Assembly (NCBI RefSeq): GCF_006345805.1
Contig: NC_043020.1
Location: 12,958,001 to 13,022,000, forward strand
Source: Octopus sinensis
Lineage: Eukaryota
DNA length: 64,000 nucleotides
Direction of reading: 5' to 3'
Within the stretch, counting starts at the first letter, position 1. Every line of letters starts with the position of its first letter. The position numbers were made by a program, and so were the translations under genes. Positions 63,956-64,000 of this stretch are shown piece by piece. The notes beneath the pieces are model-generated. The model worked only from the letters and a program-made list of their open reading frames with translations. It had not been told where the DNA came from and did not search any database.

Positions 63956-64000
63956 CTAGCAGTATCGCCCGGCGTTGCTCGGGTTTGTAAGGGAAATAAC
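63956..64000 (-). mobile_element. 3' end of a Helitron-like element (48892 family), running off the window
   Basis: Reverse complement of ...CCCGAGCAACGCCGGGCGATACTGCTAG|T. Confidence 0.7.

Noticed and set aside
54148-64000. Upstream ROS1 exons (candidate acceptors near 59510, 60330 and 61500)
   Set aside because: The frames hit stops or lack donors and show no ROS1 similarity; the next exon is probably beyond the window.

Overview
AT-rich, microsatellite- and SINE-dense animal genomic DNA; the repeat landscape suggests a coleoid cephalopod, probably Octopus (inference). The whole window appears to lie inside one minus-strand gene, a ROS1/sevenless-family receptor tyrosine kinase. I traced 19 coding exons by hand from 54147 down to 5126. 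All have canonical AG/GT boundaries and matching phases, and together give 3603 nt (about 1200 codons) of alternating YWTD-like beta-propeller and FN3 ectodomain. The N-terminus, TM segment and kinase domain were not found and are presumably outside the window. The introns carry several tRNA-derived SINE families, 3' fragments of CR1, RTE and Dong/R4-like LINEs, non-autonomous Helitron-like elements, a mariner fossil, Penelope-like termini, two large minisatellites (18 bp and 31 bp) and several long fold-back palindromes. Most ORFs in the supplied track are microsatellite or SINE artefacts. Top observations: (1) a spacerless inverted pair of type I hammerhead ribozyme motifs at 39895-40058, one with an intact core on the gene's sense strand; (2) AT-rich fold-back elements whose two arms share copy-specific mutations; (3) combinatorial head/tail shuffling among SINEs; (4) 184-bp head-less SINE concatemers with GT...AG unit ends; (5) a recursive-splice-type CAG|GTAAGC exon. 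Protein family calls rest on my recall of human ROS1 and LINE motifs, not on a database search.
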